DNA of 34,429 nt from Asterionella formosa (taxonomy: Eukaryota): the NCBI GenBank assembly GCA_002256025.1, contig NKIB01000223.1:1-34429 (forward strand), written 5' to 3'. Made by a program: the position numbers and the translations under genes. The notes under the pieces are model-generated. The model saw only the letters and a program-made list of their open reading frames with translations. It had not been told where the DNA came from and made no database searches. Shown here piece by piece: positions 9,201 to 20,192 of the stretch (the first letter of the stretch is position 1; every line of letters begins with the position of its first letter).

Positions 9201-9949
9201 GCATGGGGATACATACTCGAAACATGTACTTCTGCAGATGCATCCAATGCCGCAATGGTATCTTGTGCCAAGCCTGTTTCTCTAGTCGTGTCATGAATAT
9301 GAAATAATTGGTCAACCGACTGTGGTGTTGCAAAGACCCACACGTCATTATGTGGTAATTTGAATTGTTGTGCAAATTGAATAATTTCCACAGTAGTTAA
9401 GAATCGTTGTCTCTTCCTTTCTGCTACAGCTGTGAGTATCAAAAAGTCCCGATGTGGGATATCGCCATGATGCCCCAAGACGGCTGTCACACATTCAAAG
9501 GCCAAAGTCAGTCGTTGTTGTTGTATGTAGTTGCTGCAATTCTGGTAGTAGTCAGTATTATTTTCCCCTTTGTGACCAAGTCTTGCATAGTGCTGTCGTA
9601 ATAGCACTTCACAAATGGCAGTAAAGGCATTGCCAGTGCTATTTTTTGAATAGTAGCGCTGACCGCCACTCCACAATACGAGCGTTCCGGAGTGTTTGAG
9701 GCTGACTTCCAAGTACCCCCTTTGCTTGTCATTAGAGGCTTTGATCTTTTGTATCATAGCCTTTCGGATCTCTTGAGAGGACCGATTCTCATTTTCAAAC
9801 TTTGGATGGAATATGGCCTCCAAGGACAGCCGGCGGATGGCGGGAGTCGTGTCCGCGTCGCTACTAATGGAGTCGACCAAACACGTTTCCTGTAGCTCCA
9901 CTTCGAGGGGTCGTTTGCGTGCCGTGTCCCTTAGTCTTGATGATGGCAT
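6290..9949 (-). CDS. RNL: Plant-type trifunctional tRNA/RNA ligase (adenylyltransferase-ligase, polynucleotide kinase, 2',3'-cyclic phosphodiesterase), 1219 aa, intronless
   Basis: FHPKFENE, motif I EVSLKHSGTL, SKNSTGN, FECVTAVLGHHG, QGDILEGIV and LKMKFLPYMVRTF match Arabidopsis RNL-type ligase motifs. P-loop FFPGIPGSGKS + IADKNAP (kinase). THVTMVH and AHISLW (two HxT/S motifs of the 2H CPDase). Confidence 0.92.
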   Translation of the reverse strand: MPSSRLRDTARKRPLEVELQETCLVDSISSDADTTPAIRRLSLEAIFHPKFENENRSSQEIRKAMIQKIKASNDKQRGYLEVSLKHSGTLVLWSGGQRYYSKNSTGNAFTAICEVLLRQHYARLGHKGENNTDYYQNCSNYIQQQRLTLAFECVTAVLGHHGDIPHRDFLILTAVAERKRQRFLTTVEIIQFAQQFKLPHNDVWVFATPQSVDQLFHIHDTTRETGLAQDTIAALDASAEVHVSSMYPHAVFQGDILEGIVIRYVPSDTAFQDLSGLWAGLVKTSQQALTKVPPCTPATFETKQESPLLRTDIRRLQQQCIDNGGYENLISRLGDAVANILLETDGLRRKIEKRKQAEWDMPSLARKMLVCEHVDQETKRIATVIETATRINARVDYSIFKENESRWLCMIHILHDQTFRKYQQQMKSNDMQLYRGFCIELGTDLGKKETIIGGDVTEMDIDAPESNQDASLMLKMKFLPYMVRTFCCRNGLGIIANKGPAAFTHHTLKMMDQWGISQTSQLKWQPFFWAWGSYANACLQGLSKIYFNPKLPPLTEQFYLSHLQYFTPLFEDGKIDLESECPSKYAQSTFRALVIVVALTVEASEKVADFIAMQLGGVKRVNNIQDLSDNDLIMMKAAKGGGLICSCDLKNGFKSMKPRTKKQSDSICVIIYGCNKENIDATMLPVETKRLLHGMYKAWKKFRCKYVDEISEGVDLEASHDLSRVISKLTEVSESVPKVDDRPGMLIFFPGIPGSGKSSLCNVDVISKLNELNNSSSTSDHRQVVLLRGDSFGKKYWNHIKEMRTLNSASIYIADKNAPASSWGTVGEATCRGISVPVIPDEQALSTTSVSGIRYPNGETNSLKNHTYPFSLFYLAVCIERVLARTPSSHPGNLDSASATPCMIVVKFFSFYRNIAADEFVDNIRRRIDGSGAISTSIPIKVPFFKVGLLPNLPEDLKQALTEAIQLQYGYDIMKDNASNSSDDLVMETESMLQKTVEIHRDLLVSLTANFDVSQASFIQQVVEHAKELDTQPNEFSESLNRLPAIFIKIVSLDILAIQVHEVVKMNYSALSSFFQMVALSDSEVLSEGKFSSSDFVPKTHVTMVHFSEMLQSSIQHSYNHLVGKGVELKLLGLLWNDQVAALAVDVASETIDGIPVPPPSNAFAHISLWCRKNVKPVESNNLPKLVCDGMAQQVDFKQTATLQGTLSFWSMNEQSQNQ

Positions 9950-10169
9950 TATTGCTGCTGCTTGATTCTGCTTCTGTTGGGGAGATATTCTTCTTGAGAT
10001 GAAGATGATGTAAAGGAGGAGTTGAGCTGGGAAGAAGTGAATCCAACTCGATCAAGCTGTGATGGTGGCTGGCGATGACGAGATGCAATGATGTTTGGGA
10101 TTATTTCCTCCTACCGGTATAATATGTACGGATTTATGCATACCGTAGCCAGTCGCAACCGATAACTAT

Positions 10170-10204
10170 GTACCAGGTACCAGGTACCAGGTATCAGGTA
10201 CCGG
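10170..10204. repeat. 5 x GTACCAG heptamer array upstream of the RNA ligase gene; possible cis-element
   Basis: gtaccag gtaccag gtaccag gtatcag gtaccgg. Similar units occur at 33101-33119 and 33165-33183. Confidence 0.75.
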
Positions 10205-10229
10205 ACTTCAAAGAGAAGGTAGATTAACC

Positions 10230-10357
10230 TGAAAGGAGTTCGATTCATTGATTCATGTATGAGTAAAGATTAATTCATGTTCATGACTAGACCCAAAAAG
10301 GTCATTACTGGACTAATTTGGAGACACAAACAAGATTCATTTGACTTGTCTGTTTCA
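10230..10357 (-). mobile_element. Putative short 3' LTR (128 bp) of a decayed Copia element, preceded by a polypurine tract (10359-10369)
   Basis: On the minus strand the RNase H stop is followed by GAGGGGGAGAG and then a segment bounded by TGAAA...TTTCA. Confidence 0.6.
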
Positions 10358-10383
10358 ACTCTCCCCCTCAGCAGAGCAAACAG

Positions 10384-11805
10384 TCACCAACCACATAACT
10401 GCTAGCGTATAGCTGTGAATTTGTCAGCCACAAGACCTTTTGTAAAGATATCAGCAAGGTTGGCTGCAGTATCCACCTTGACAATTTGAAGAACTCCGGA
10501 AAGGACATATTCACAAAACCAATGATAAGCTAAAGCAATGTGCTTAGTACAAGGATTCATCTTTGGCATATTAGCTTGGGAAAGGCATGCACTATTATCT
10601 TCATAGACCTTTGAAAAAGATTGAACAGCTGAACCTTTACCAATGTGTAGGGCTGTAGATGCTTCTTGAATGATATGACAGAGAGGAATGAGGTTCCAAA
10701 AACTGGCAGAAAGAGCCTGATATTCTGCTTCCATTGTAGAAAGTGCAGTGGTAGTTTGTAATTTGGACACCCAGAGGAGGGGACATCCAGTATGGGTTAT
10801 CACATAGACAGTTCAAGAGCGAGAACAGACTGGATCAGTAGAGTCTTCTGAATCAAAGAGCCCAACAAAGTCACTGTCACAATAACATTCAATGTCAAGG
10901 CATCAGGAGTAGGAGTAAAAATAATTCCTTGATCAAAACTGCTTTTAAGATACCGACAAATTTTCTTTACTGCTATTTCATGAGTAGCACAAGGACAATG
11001 AGAAAAGCGAGCACACTGAGCGATGAACAGCAAAAGCAATGTCAGGACGAGAATTAGAGGCCAAGTAAAGTAGCATCCCCACCACAGACCGGTATTTCTA
11101 TGCTTCAGTTGTAGGCAGACCATCCTTATCTGTTCCTAGAGTCTCCTTGTTATTGGCTGGAGTAGAGCTAGCCCGACAGTCTTTGAGGCCAGTGGCTTGC
11201 AGAACACGCTTAATCAGACCCTCTTGCGTAGATGTAAGTTTAAGTGAACCGTTTTCAGTTGATTTGTTAATTTGGATGCCCAGAAAAGCAGCTAGATCTC
11301 CCTCTCAAGTCAATTCTAGGTCAATAAAATTTTCAATCATAGCATCAATCTTGGTTCTATCAAAACCAATAAGAATCGAATCATCCACATATACCAGGTA
11401 GACCATGTCAGCGTGAATAAAAAGGCATGGGTCTAATAATGACTGTGTGAAACCCCGTTGCTCGAGACATTCCTTCAAATTTAGGAACCAAGTCCTAGGT
11501 GCCTGTTTTGTTCCATACAATGATTTATTTAACCAAAGTACCATGTCTCTCCCCCTGGGATGATTACCAAAATCTTTGGGCATTTCAACATATACCTCTT
11601 CATCAATGTCGGCTTGACAGAAGGCATTAATAAAATCGATTTGCTGAGTCGCAAGGTTTAACACAATGGACATCACCAGTAAAGCACAAACTGTGGAATA
11701 TTGTTGGACAACTGGAGCATATGTCTCAAAGAAGTCCACTCCTTCAACTTGTTGGAGATCTCCGCGTACACAAAACCGAGCCTTGCATTTATGTAAGCTG
11801 CCATA
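10384..11805 (-). pseudogene. Decayed Ty1/Copia pol fragment (reverse transcriptase + RNase H), frameshifted, 5'-truncated
   Basis: KCKARFCVRGDLQ, TYAPVV, QIDFINAFCQA, LNKSLYGTKQAPRTW, LVYVDD (RT); ALSTMEAEY, VYEDNSAC, TKHI, NLADIFTKGL...AIR*QLCGW* (RNase H). Split over ORFs 11305..11808, 10800..11123 and 10402..10803. Confidence 0.95.
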
Positions 11806-12524
11806 CATCTATCTTAGCATGATCGTTATTCTCATCGATATAACTGTCTAAAATAGGATGAAATTGATCGAAATTTGGAACTATATTTAAGAATGTTTTT
11901 ATGTACCTTCCCCCCAATCCAATTCTGAAGGTTGTTGTACTGGTTGCCTTTACCTGCCTTATTTCCCTACTTTGTTCCATTTACTCCTGAGGGATCTGAG
12001 TTTGCATTCACGCATTTTCCCAGTTATATTTAATCCGTTTTGTTGTTCCAATCAGCCATACTAACAAAGAGAAGCAATTCATTGTTAGCTGTTCATGTTT
12101 TGCTTACACAATAACATGCATTTTGCTTCTATCTTCACTTACCACAAATTGAGGAAGTAACTGATGCATATTTCTGTAAAATAATGTGCGTGTCAGTTAA
12201 AGATTGAATGAGAAAGTATCGATAAATAAATGGGCCAGAATGCTGCTCTTGTTTGTAACTTACAAATACTGTTTGTCTACCATTATCCTGAAAGAAGCAA
12301 CACATATGTGTCAGTTTTTCTAACAGTTGTGGATTGATCCAAGGATGGCTGATAGCACTTACCGATTTCTTTTGTCCACATTGATGGTTGGCCAGCCACC
12401 AAATCGAAAAGGAGCTATTGAATCACTGAAAGGGGACGAGTCATTCCGTATTTGTAATCCCAGCAATTGATCATCCTGTCATTTACTCTTGACAAAACGT
12501 AATGCTACTATGCACAGCTTGTTG

Positions 12525-12828
12525 ATTCCGCCCTTCTCCATCATATTCACTCATTCTTAGCCGCATGGTGCATCATCGTGCTGTATTGTCACTTCAGTTT
12601 TTCGCATCATGTGTTGCTTGAAATCCTTCATTTCAGGAAGTGGATGCAGCATGACAAGGAACATGAAAGGCATTTGCTCTTGACTTACCATCAAATAATT
12701 CCGCCCTTCTCTTCTAAGCCGCAAGTATCATTGTGCTGTATTATCACTTTCGTTTTCCGTGTCATCATGTGTGATGATCCTTCATTTCAGGAGCAAAGTG
12801 TATGCATGACAAGGAACGCACATGAAAA
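12525..12828. repeat. Degenerate direct repeat, two ~130-140-bp copies (~12525-12668 and ~12698-12828)
   Basis: Shared blocks attccgcccttctc...gtgctgtatt.tcactt...atccttcatttcagga...gcatgacaaggaac. Confidence 0.7.
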
Positions 12829-13471
12829 CATGATTTCAAATGTTTCAGCCATGAATACATATATATAAAGATCTGTAGGATGTTTAAATGTATATATAGT
12901 TGAACATTCGCATAGCTTTAAATACGCTGTGTATACTGATATCAATGTTGATGATTATACATAATTCACATATATAAAATGCATGATGAGTTCAAAGTTT
13001 TCCACAACCTGTTAAATTTTTTCAATTTGTTTTGTGTCAATTCTTGTACCTACAAGTCAGTGGCTGATTTAATTAAGCCCCTTAATAAACGGGAGTCATC
13101 ACCAATTTTTCAAATGGTCGAAATCATACATTTATGTTAATAGAAATATTGACCAAAATTCATATGGCCTACCATTCGTACTGTATAATTGCTGGGAATT
13201 TCTTTTATCATGGAAATACCACAATAGTGCAGCGTAAAACTGAATATGCTCATGTGCTTAGGATCATTTGGTCAAATTTCTAAGATCAATTAATCCTGAT
13301 TCTTGAAAATAAATTTTGATCTTTCATTTTCTTCATCAATGACACCATTTATCACATGATCAATATGTTATGATCAAAGGTATAGGATAAACAAATCAAA
13401 ATTTATTGAGTAAAGATCATAGTTTATACCGGAGTAGTAGTTGCTCATGCATGCAACCCTTTTCCCCCTGT

Positions 13472-13650
13472 ATATAGTACGGAAGTGATAACCCCCAAGT
13501 GCAAGCTACCCAATTTCTATGTCTTGTAAGAATTATCGCAGCATGCATGCATATGTACATGACTCCTACTGGTATATAGCTACTATGCGGAAATGATGAC
13601 CATCAGACTACCAATCCTATAGGTCCTATAGAATTATCGCAACATGGCTG
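13472..13650. repeat. Degenerate direct repeat, two ~75-bp copies
   Basis: tatag...ggaa.tgat...ctacc.aat..tat...gaattatcgca.catg occurs twice. Confidence 0.55.
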
Positions 13651-14009
13651 CATATCTAATGAAATGGCGGGAGGAGTCATCCATGCACCTGTATAGTATG
13701 AAATATGGAAATGATCAAATATAGCTAGTCTACATAAGGAGCAGTGCACCATATATGTCCTGTTTTTTTAATTCCTATGAAATCTCTTGATCTGTTCTGC
13801 GCCTTTTCGCCACCACAATTGTTTTCATTGGCTGTTTCACTGGACAGCATTCGAATTGAATGTGCTTCGAACGAAGCAATGATCAAAGTCCACCCCATTG
13901 CAGAATGGTGAGTCTCACAACGAAGTATCAGTTAGTTGATTAAAATTGGACTGCCTTTTGTGCACCCTTGCTTGTTGTGTTTGTACTTGACTTGGCAACT
14001 GTCAGTCAA

Positions 14010-14770
14010 GAGCAGCCATGGTATGCCTCGTCCATTTATTGTCTATACGAGTTTCGAATGCGTTCAGCTATGATAACTTTTGCTCCCCCTCCTAAACACT
14101 ATCTCACCACCCTTGTCATAAATTTTTCTTTATCTTTTGGCTTCACAGGCCCAGGTTACTCAATGCCTTCATCTGCAAGTTCAGCCACCAAGCACGTTGG
14201 CGTCAAGAAAACCTCAACCCCGATTTTGCTCACATGCTCCACCCATTGACTTCTTCATTGATGAAGTCAAGGTAGCTATATTGACGTCAGGTGGCGCAGG
14301 CTTGTGTACAGATTGATGATACCGAAAGCATTGCTTCCTTTTCCCATAGGTACCTATTGGTCAACATTGTTTGGGTCAATCCATAATTGTTCCCGCAAGA
14401 CCAGAAGCAATTATCCCTTTACTTCTCCCCCCAAGAACCTTCATTTCTCTTTCACAATTGTCCTGGTGTTTGCAGAAAATTTTTAGTTCCCTTTTGATTT
14501 TTCCACTGGTTTCGATCCCTTTTGCATTCAAGTCAAGAAACAAGCAACTCATTGAGATTTCTGGAGGTCTCGGTCAGTGGTACCATGAAGCAACAATCAA
14601 CAGTTCATGGTGCTTGCTGTTTTCCATTTTCTGTAGCAAGTGACAAAGTGACATTCAAGAAGGGTCTGGGATCATTGGGGAGAAGGCCAAAATTTAGTAG
14701 GATTCTCTGTGTTTGCCTTCGCCCGTTTGGCAGCCATTCTACCATTGCTTCCTCTCAATCAATACTAGCT
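14010..14770 (-). pseudogene. Heavily decayed transposase relic of the same family as the element at 20745-22816
   Basis: Minus-strand translation through stops gives KG*LLLVLREQLWIDPNN and KIGVEVFLTPTCLVAELADEGIE*...KDKEKF..VR*CL...ERIR...RQ*M.EAYH. This is colinear with QVLWERGFID and KIGVTVLLTPKCHAELAGEGIEY...KGKENF..VRHCL...RIR...RQYLMAYH in the second element. Confidence 0.75.
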
Positions 14771-16918
14771 AGTATAGCTAATGAAAACCGTAATTAGATG
14801 AAATGTGACTTCCGGTTTCTAATATTTTACATTGTTGCACTACTGAAACTTGAATCCATAAATGGGCACTCAACTTTTTGTGCTTCTTGCATTTTTGCAG
14901 TATAGACTGGCTGGTGGGCGATAGGCCAAGCAACATGTCTCGCCTTTCATGAACATATACAAAGTAGTGCTTTTGTCGAGGTTTGTGTCTAAATCCAACT
15001 GCTTCCGTCCATTGAGCCATTCCAGATACATCAAATAATACGCTCTTGTCTTCATAGGTAAGGAATTAGTATGATTATGACAAAGGAAATCTGATGAGAC
15101 ATGAAAATTACGAAACCAGAATCACTCGGTTACTATAAATAGACAGTCTCCTGCTTCTTTGTGCATATTTCCTGCTTCTATGCTGCGTTTCAATTCTAGA
15201 TGTATTTCGTTATTGTTAGAGAGACGATGTTACGGAAAAGTAGATTGTGCTGTTTTATAATGGATGTTGTTTAGCTATGATTGAGGTTGTAACACTGTTT
15301 GATGCTCTGGTGACAGACCGGCCGGAAATATTCGTCTTGTGTGATGAGCCATTTCGTTTTCATTAGATTTCTTTTCAAGCTCTTAACGGATTGCATACGA
15401 CGAACATACTGTGCAATGTAGATGATGATTCATAGAAGACATATGATGATTTGAACGACAAATGAAGATTTTATCACAAACACTCGTTCCTCTCAACAAG
15501 GCTGCTTTGTCGTTCTTGTTGCAAGAAACAGAGTGAGGACTGGAGAGGATGATGAGCCAAACCAAATAACTTTAACTGTTACATTATCCTACCGAGAAAT
15601 TTAAATAAAGGAACCTAAAAGAAACAATACATATAATGATTAAATTTGCTTCCATAGTCAAACAAAGGGTTGCTATTTAAATTATGAGGGCATTTATCAA
15701 AATTATTAGATGATATAACGAAAAATTATGATCAGATGATCATAATCCTATGATGCATCATAAGAATATGATAGTTTTTATTTGCAGACGTTGTCTGTTT
15801 CAACAACGGGAATGTAGACCAATATATCCAATTGCTTGGTTAGAAACTTGGTTTATGTTATGTCAATTTATTACCTGTTCATACAATAGTGGTACTAGAC
15901 TATCTTGTACTGTATGAACATTGTCTGATGCATCTAGAAGCAGCCTCGCAAACTTGCTTTGCTTCTGGCGACATAGATGCGTTTCTACACAGGTGCATAC
16001 ATACCACATTGGCTGAGTACTGGTATTAGTACTGGAATGATACTAAATACAATTTATTACCCACATTGAACAAAATCCTGATATAATTTGGAACCAAAAA
16101 TGATAAGAAAAAATACCAGTTGGGAGGTTATCGATCTCAATTGGGATTTGGACATTGGGAAAAGTGAGGAAATTCCTCAAAATCCCAATTTGGGTACTAC
16201 ACAATTGTTTCATGGTTGTGACAGAATGTTGTTGGGTGTAACAATAGTCTAAGGATCACTATCAAGCTCAGTGAGCAGCGTGCATCAAAATTTGTACGCT
16301 TGATGAAATCTGTAAAGTGCTGGAGCAGAATTGCAAATGATGCTAGCTAATGAATTGGACAATGATGTGCATATCAGCCACCTCTCTGGAGATGCAAAAA
16401 TGTTCAACACATTTTAGTGATGAGCAACATTTGATGGCTTTAACAACATAGAGTAGCAGGGCAGTGAAAAAATAATTAACAGTCATGTCGAGACATCAGT
16501 GTCAAACTAAAGACACTGGAAGTAAATGAACACTGCTTCTATGAAGTTATAAAGCAATTCAAAACAAAAATTGATCAGTGATGGGTGATTTTTGTGTTTT
16601 CATTTAAATTTTGTCCTCATAATTTGGGTGCGCCAGGAATTCCTAATTTAAAATTTCCATAAGTGAATTTATCTCTTTATCATGGCACATGAGCGAAATC
16701 GCAATGATGTCATAGCCATATTAAATAAATTTTTGGGGATAGTAAACTAGTTTTCTAGCCAAGGGATTCACTCATACCTGTGTACATACATAAAATGTGA
16801 TGCTTGCTCCATAGAGTCAATGTGAAGATTTCGCGTAGAAAGCAACCTTTGGGTGATAATACCTGATTAATAATGGACACACAATGCAACAATACAAGGA
16901 CATAAGTATGTATTTGCT

Positions 16919-17188
16919 ATGATCACAAGCACTCAACTAAATTCATCACTTGCCAGAACCACAACCAATTTGAATGTAACTCCTGAAATACTGAATTCGA
17001 CAGAAGGATATTCTGGGTTGTTGATGGAAAAAATTGTTGCCTTTTGCAAGAGAGAAGATGCAAGGAATGGAATAAATGCTGATGATCAGGCAAGGAAACA
17101 AAAGGAAGCAGCACAGACTGCAACAGATAAACACAAAAGTCAGCAAGACATTCTGGTATTTTGTGATCTCCTTTTCTTTCAGCAATGA
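16919..17188 (+). pseudogene. Isolated coding-like fragment, possibly the C-terminal coiled-coil part of a decayed pogo-like DNA transposase
   Basis: LNSTEGYSGLLMEKIVAF..REDARNG...QARKQKEAAQ has protein-like composition inside an AT-rich tract. The family resemblance is only an impression. Confidence 0.25.
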
Positions 17189-17549
17189 AACATTTTTGGT
17201 CGTCAGCAAGCACGACAGTAAAAGTTTACTGTCGGTACTGTAGTAATATAGGTACTGCATGCACAAATGATCCTCCATCCAGCATCATGCATGATCCCGC
17301 CTGCAGGACAGAGGCTGGCTGAGGTTGAGCGATGTGCGAATAATAAAATCCAACAAAACTGACAAATTGACTACTGGCAACAATCGATGTAATGGAATAC
17401 GGGTAAATCTGAATGTCATGACCCATGTCTAAGCAACGCGCGTCGCTTCGTCCCAAGCATAATCGAGTACTTCAGGGCAGCCGCAGAACCAGAACAGAAA
17501 CGTAGGAGCGTGAAAACTATTCATATACACACGGAGTCCTTTGTACAAT

Positions 17550-18884
17550 ATGCCTCGCATCATGATCTTCCGTACGTCATTGTCATTCCTACATCTTTCG
17601 GCCATGCTACTTATTAGTTCCCTTATTGGTGCATTAATGGCACAACAGAGGGCCATGATTGCAGCCCTAAATGAAATTGCTCGTTCAGAATCTTCCTTTC
17701 GCACTCATTCGGAACGACCACCGCCAGTATTACCACCACCACCACCACCACTATCAACAGCATCAGCATTAGCATTAGCATCAGCATCAGCATCACGGAG
17801 GAGAAACAGTTCTCATCAAAAAGACTACAGCTACAGAACAACAACAACAACAGCAGCCAAAACATGGAACTGTCGTTATCAACAATCCACACTTTCCTTT
17901 CCCGTTGCTCCCAACTTGATTATCATTGGGGCTCAAAAGGCGGGTACCTCAGCATTGGCTGAATTTCTTGCCACGCATCCACAGATGGAACCTCCATCGC
18001 CATTGTCGTCACGAAATTTTGAAGCGCACTTTATGGATTGGACCATACCTCTCAACCAGCAAAGTAGAGAAGAACAGATCAAGAAGGAACGACTTGACAA
18101 TGAAGACGAGCTATTCTGTCGGTACCGGTCAGAATATAGCCACATGTGGAATGACACGAAGCTACTGAGTGACCCAACCAAGGTGTCCTTTGAAAAGACA
18201 CCTTCCTATTTATTCTTGGCATATGCCATTCCAGATATCCTTATACGTGTTTGTCCTTGGAAACCAAAATTGTTGGCCATTTTGAGAAACCCTGTGGACA
18301 GAGCTTGGTCACAATTCAATATGGACAAAAGAATGAAATCCAAATTTATGCGCAAAAATGATACCTTTGAACGAATTTTAGAACGAGAAATAGACGCACT
18401 ACGTCGAAATGGACTTTCTTTTGCACCTACAACCATTGAGGCGGGAGTAAATCGGACGGACCCACGATTTCATCTACCCAATCATAGTGCTACTACTACT
18501 ACTATCCAACAACATCAAGACCAAATTGATATTGCTCATCAGCGAGTGTTTCGGAAAGTTTTTCTATCCAACTATCTACAGAGAGGCATGTACGCTGTAC
18601 AATTAACACGGTGGAAACAAGTCTTCGGAAATGACTTGATGGTGGTTAACTATGATGACCTATTTGGACCACATGCGCAACGTTGTGTCAATTCTATTTT
18701 GAGATTTGTGGGGGTGGAAGAATGGAAACTACCACATGAATTTGGCACACACTGGAGCCGGAACAACTATCGCAGTAAAATTTCAAATACGACCCGGGAC
18801 TATCTCGAATCCTTCTTTCGACCTCATAATGAACAATTGAGTACATTGCTTGGTGAAAGATGGACTGGGGTCTGGAAGACGTGA
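17550..18884 (+). CDS. Type II membrane PAPS-dependent sulfotransferase (heparan-sulfate 3-O-/N-sulfotransferase-like domain)
   Basis: N-terminal TM anchor (LSAMLLISSLIGALMA) and Pro/Ala/Ser/Thr-rich stem. 5'-PSB IIIGAQKAGTSAL, EKTPSY, 3'-PB LRNPVDRAWS, RGMYAVQL..W, FFRPHNEQL. First ATG at 17550. Confidence 0.92.
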   Translation: MPRIMIFRTSLSFLHLSAMLLISSLIGALMAQQRAMIAALNEIARSESSFRTHSERPPPVLPPPPPPLSTASALALASASASRRRNSSHQKDYSYRTTTTTAAKTWNCRYQQSTLSFPVAPNLIIIGAQKAGTSALAEFLATHPQMEPPSPLSSRNFEAHFMDWTIPLNQQSREEQIKKERLDNEDELFCRYRSEYSHMWNDTKLLSDPTKVSFEKTPSYLFLAYAIPDILIRVCPWKPKLLAILRNPVDRAWSQFNMDKRMKSKFMRKNDTFERILEREIDALRRNGLSFAPTTIEAGVNRTDPRFHLPNHSATTTTIQQHQDQIDIAHQRVFRKVFLSNYLQRGMYAVQLTRWKQVFGNDLMVVNYDDLFGPHAQRCVNSILRFVGVEEWKLPHEFGTHWSRNNYRSKISNTTRDYLESFFRPHNEQLSTLLGERWTGVWKT

Positions 18885-19955
18885 TGTTTGGACTTTTCCC
18901 TATTGCGAAAACGGAATTTTCGGCAATCCAACACAACTGCTTTCAACAAACATGGGCTTTGGATATTTTCGTTCACAGATTGTTTCTCGACCGAGGCAAT
19001 TGCTTTCTTTTTACATCACATGATATTGAGACTGTAAACGTTGATCTGTCTACTGTTAGAATCAAATGTTCAAACGTTGATGAACAAACAATGCTTCCAA
19101 CGAGACAAGGGTTGAAGCCAAGGTAATGATTTGGGTAATGATTTGAACATAAATGATGTAATTCACTCGCATGCCCGGATCAATTCGTTCAAGCACTTTC
19201 TACTGGATCTGATTGAGTGTGAAGTGGTCTTCTTCCAAATTTTTGCAAGTCCGTCCCCCTTTGAATATGTGTTGGCCCAAAACATGGAGATTGAAGTTTA
19301 CATCGGTAAGGGAATTCGTACGTTCATCAGCTTGCACCCTATCACCAGATGCTTCCGCCTCCACACAACATATTTTCTCTGCGAAAGACGTCCAAAACCG
19401 AATGGACGTGGATTTGAATGTCAATATCAACAAGGAGATATTCGTCTTGGTGGCCTACAATCAATATTGGTTTGCCCAACCTAATGACATGTTAAAATGA
19501 TTTCTCATATCATTTAACGTGAAATTGTATTCTCGGGGTGACTTTGTCCATGACCATTCCTAATGCCCAAGTTTTGGTGCTACAGCTTATGTAGCCACGA
19601 CATTTGTTATCGATAAATCTTGCTAGCAAAAAACTAATGAAACAATTGTGTATGGGTTTCTCAAGCTACAAAGCAAGCTTGCAAAGCCGTGTCATTCTAG
19701 TTTAGGAATGAATCAGTTGATTACGGTATACAAATGTCAAATGTTTGTATAAATTTAATTCGCAGTCCATTTTGATCGTCCGCGACGGAAAAAAATCATT
19801 TCATATCCTAGTCTTTTCGGTTTGAATGTTTCCCAGTGTTCCTTGGCGTGGTTTCGTCTTTCATTATTGATAATATCTATAAATGTGCATGTAGTCTACA
19901 GATTCATCTTGTTCTGTAATTGCCGTGGCTTTCGTCGCACCATGTTCTTCATAAA

Positions 19956-20192
19956 TCATCCCACAAAATAGCTCTTGGAATGCACTTTATGTATACAACT
20001 TTGACTATTTTCTTGTTTCTCGTCTTGCTCAAAGTTCAGTCGTCTGGTAGGGAAACATGACAAGGGTTTATTTTCGCGGCGAAATGGCTTCCTTGGAGCT
20101 CCTGGACATTGAATCGCCATTTTCTTCTCCTCGCCGCTAGAGAAAAAAGCAGTGTCGTGTAGTTGTTGTGGAGGACTGTCAAATGTGAACAT
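19956..20192 (-). CDS. Small (78 aa) hydrophilic protein with CPGAPRKP and RRLNF motifs; candidate CDK inhibitor/cyclin-binding protein
   Basis: ATG at 20192 in AAAATG context, TACCGGTA just upstream as at other genes here, and two recognisable linear motifs in a short ORF. No homology search was possible. Confidence 0.5.
   Translation of the reverse strand: MFTFDSPPQQLHDTAFFSSGEEKKMAIQCPGAPRKPFRRENKPLSCFPTRRLNFEQDEKQENSQSCIHKVHSKSYFVG

Noticed and set aside
1788..9949. CBP20 + RNA ligase as an RNA-processing gene cluster
   Set aside because: Two housekeeping genes of different pathways separated by an unrelated gene; no evidence beyond proximity.
15927..15983. Imperfect hairpin (gcatcta-gaagca...tgcttc...tagatgc) as an ncRNA/miRNA precursor
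   Set aside because: Short, bulged and unsupported; within chance expectation.
18860..19500. Chain of plus-strand ORFs after the sulfotransferase, with a 12-bp tandem duplication near 19122-19145
   Set aside because: Might be a decayed gene, but no frame gives a recognisable protein or convincing start.
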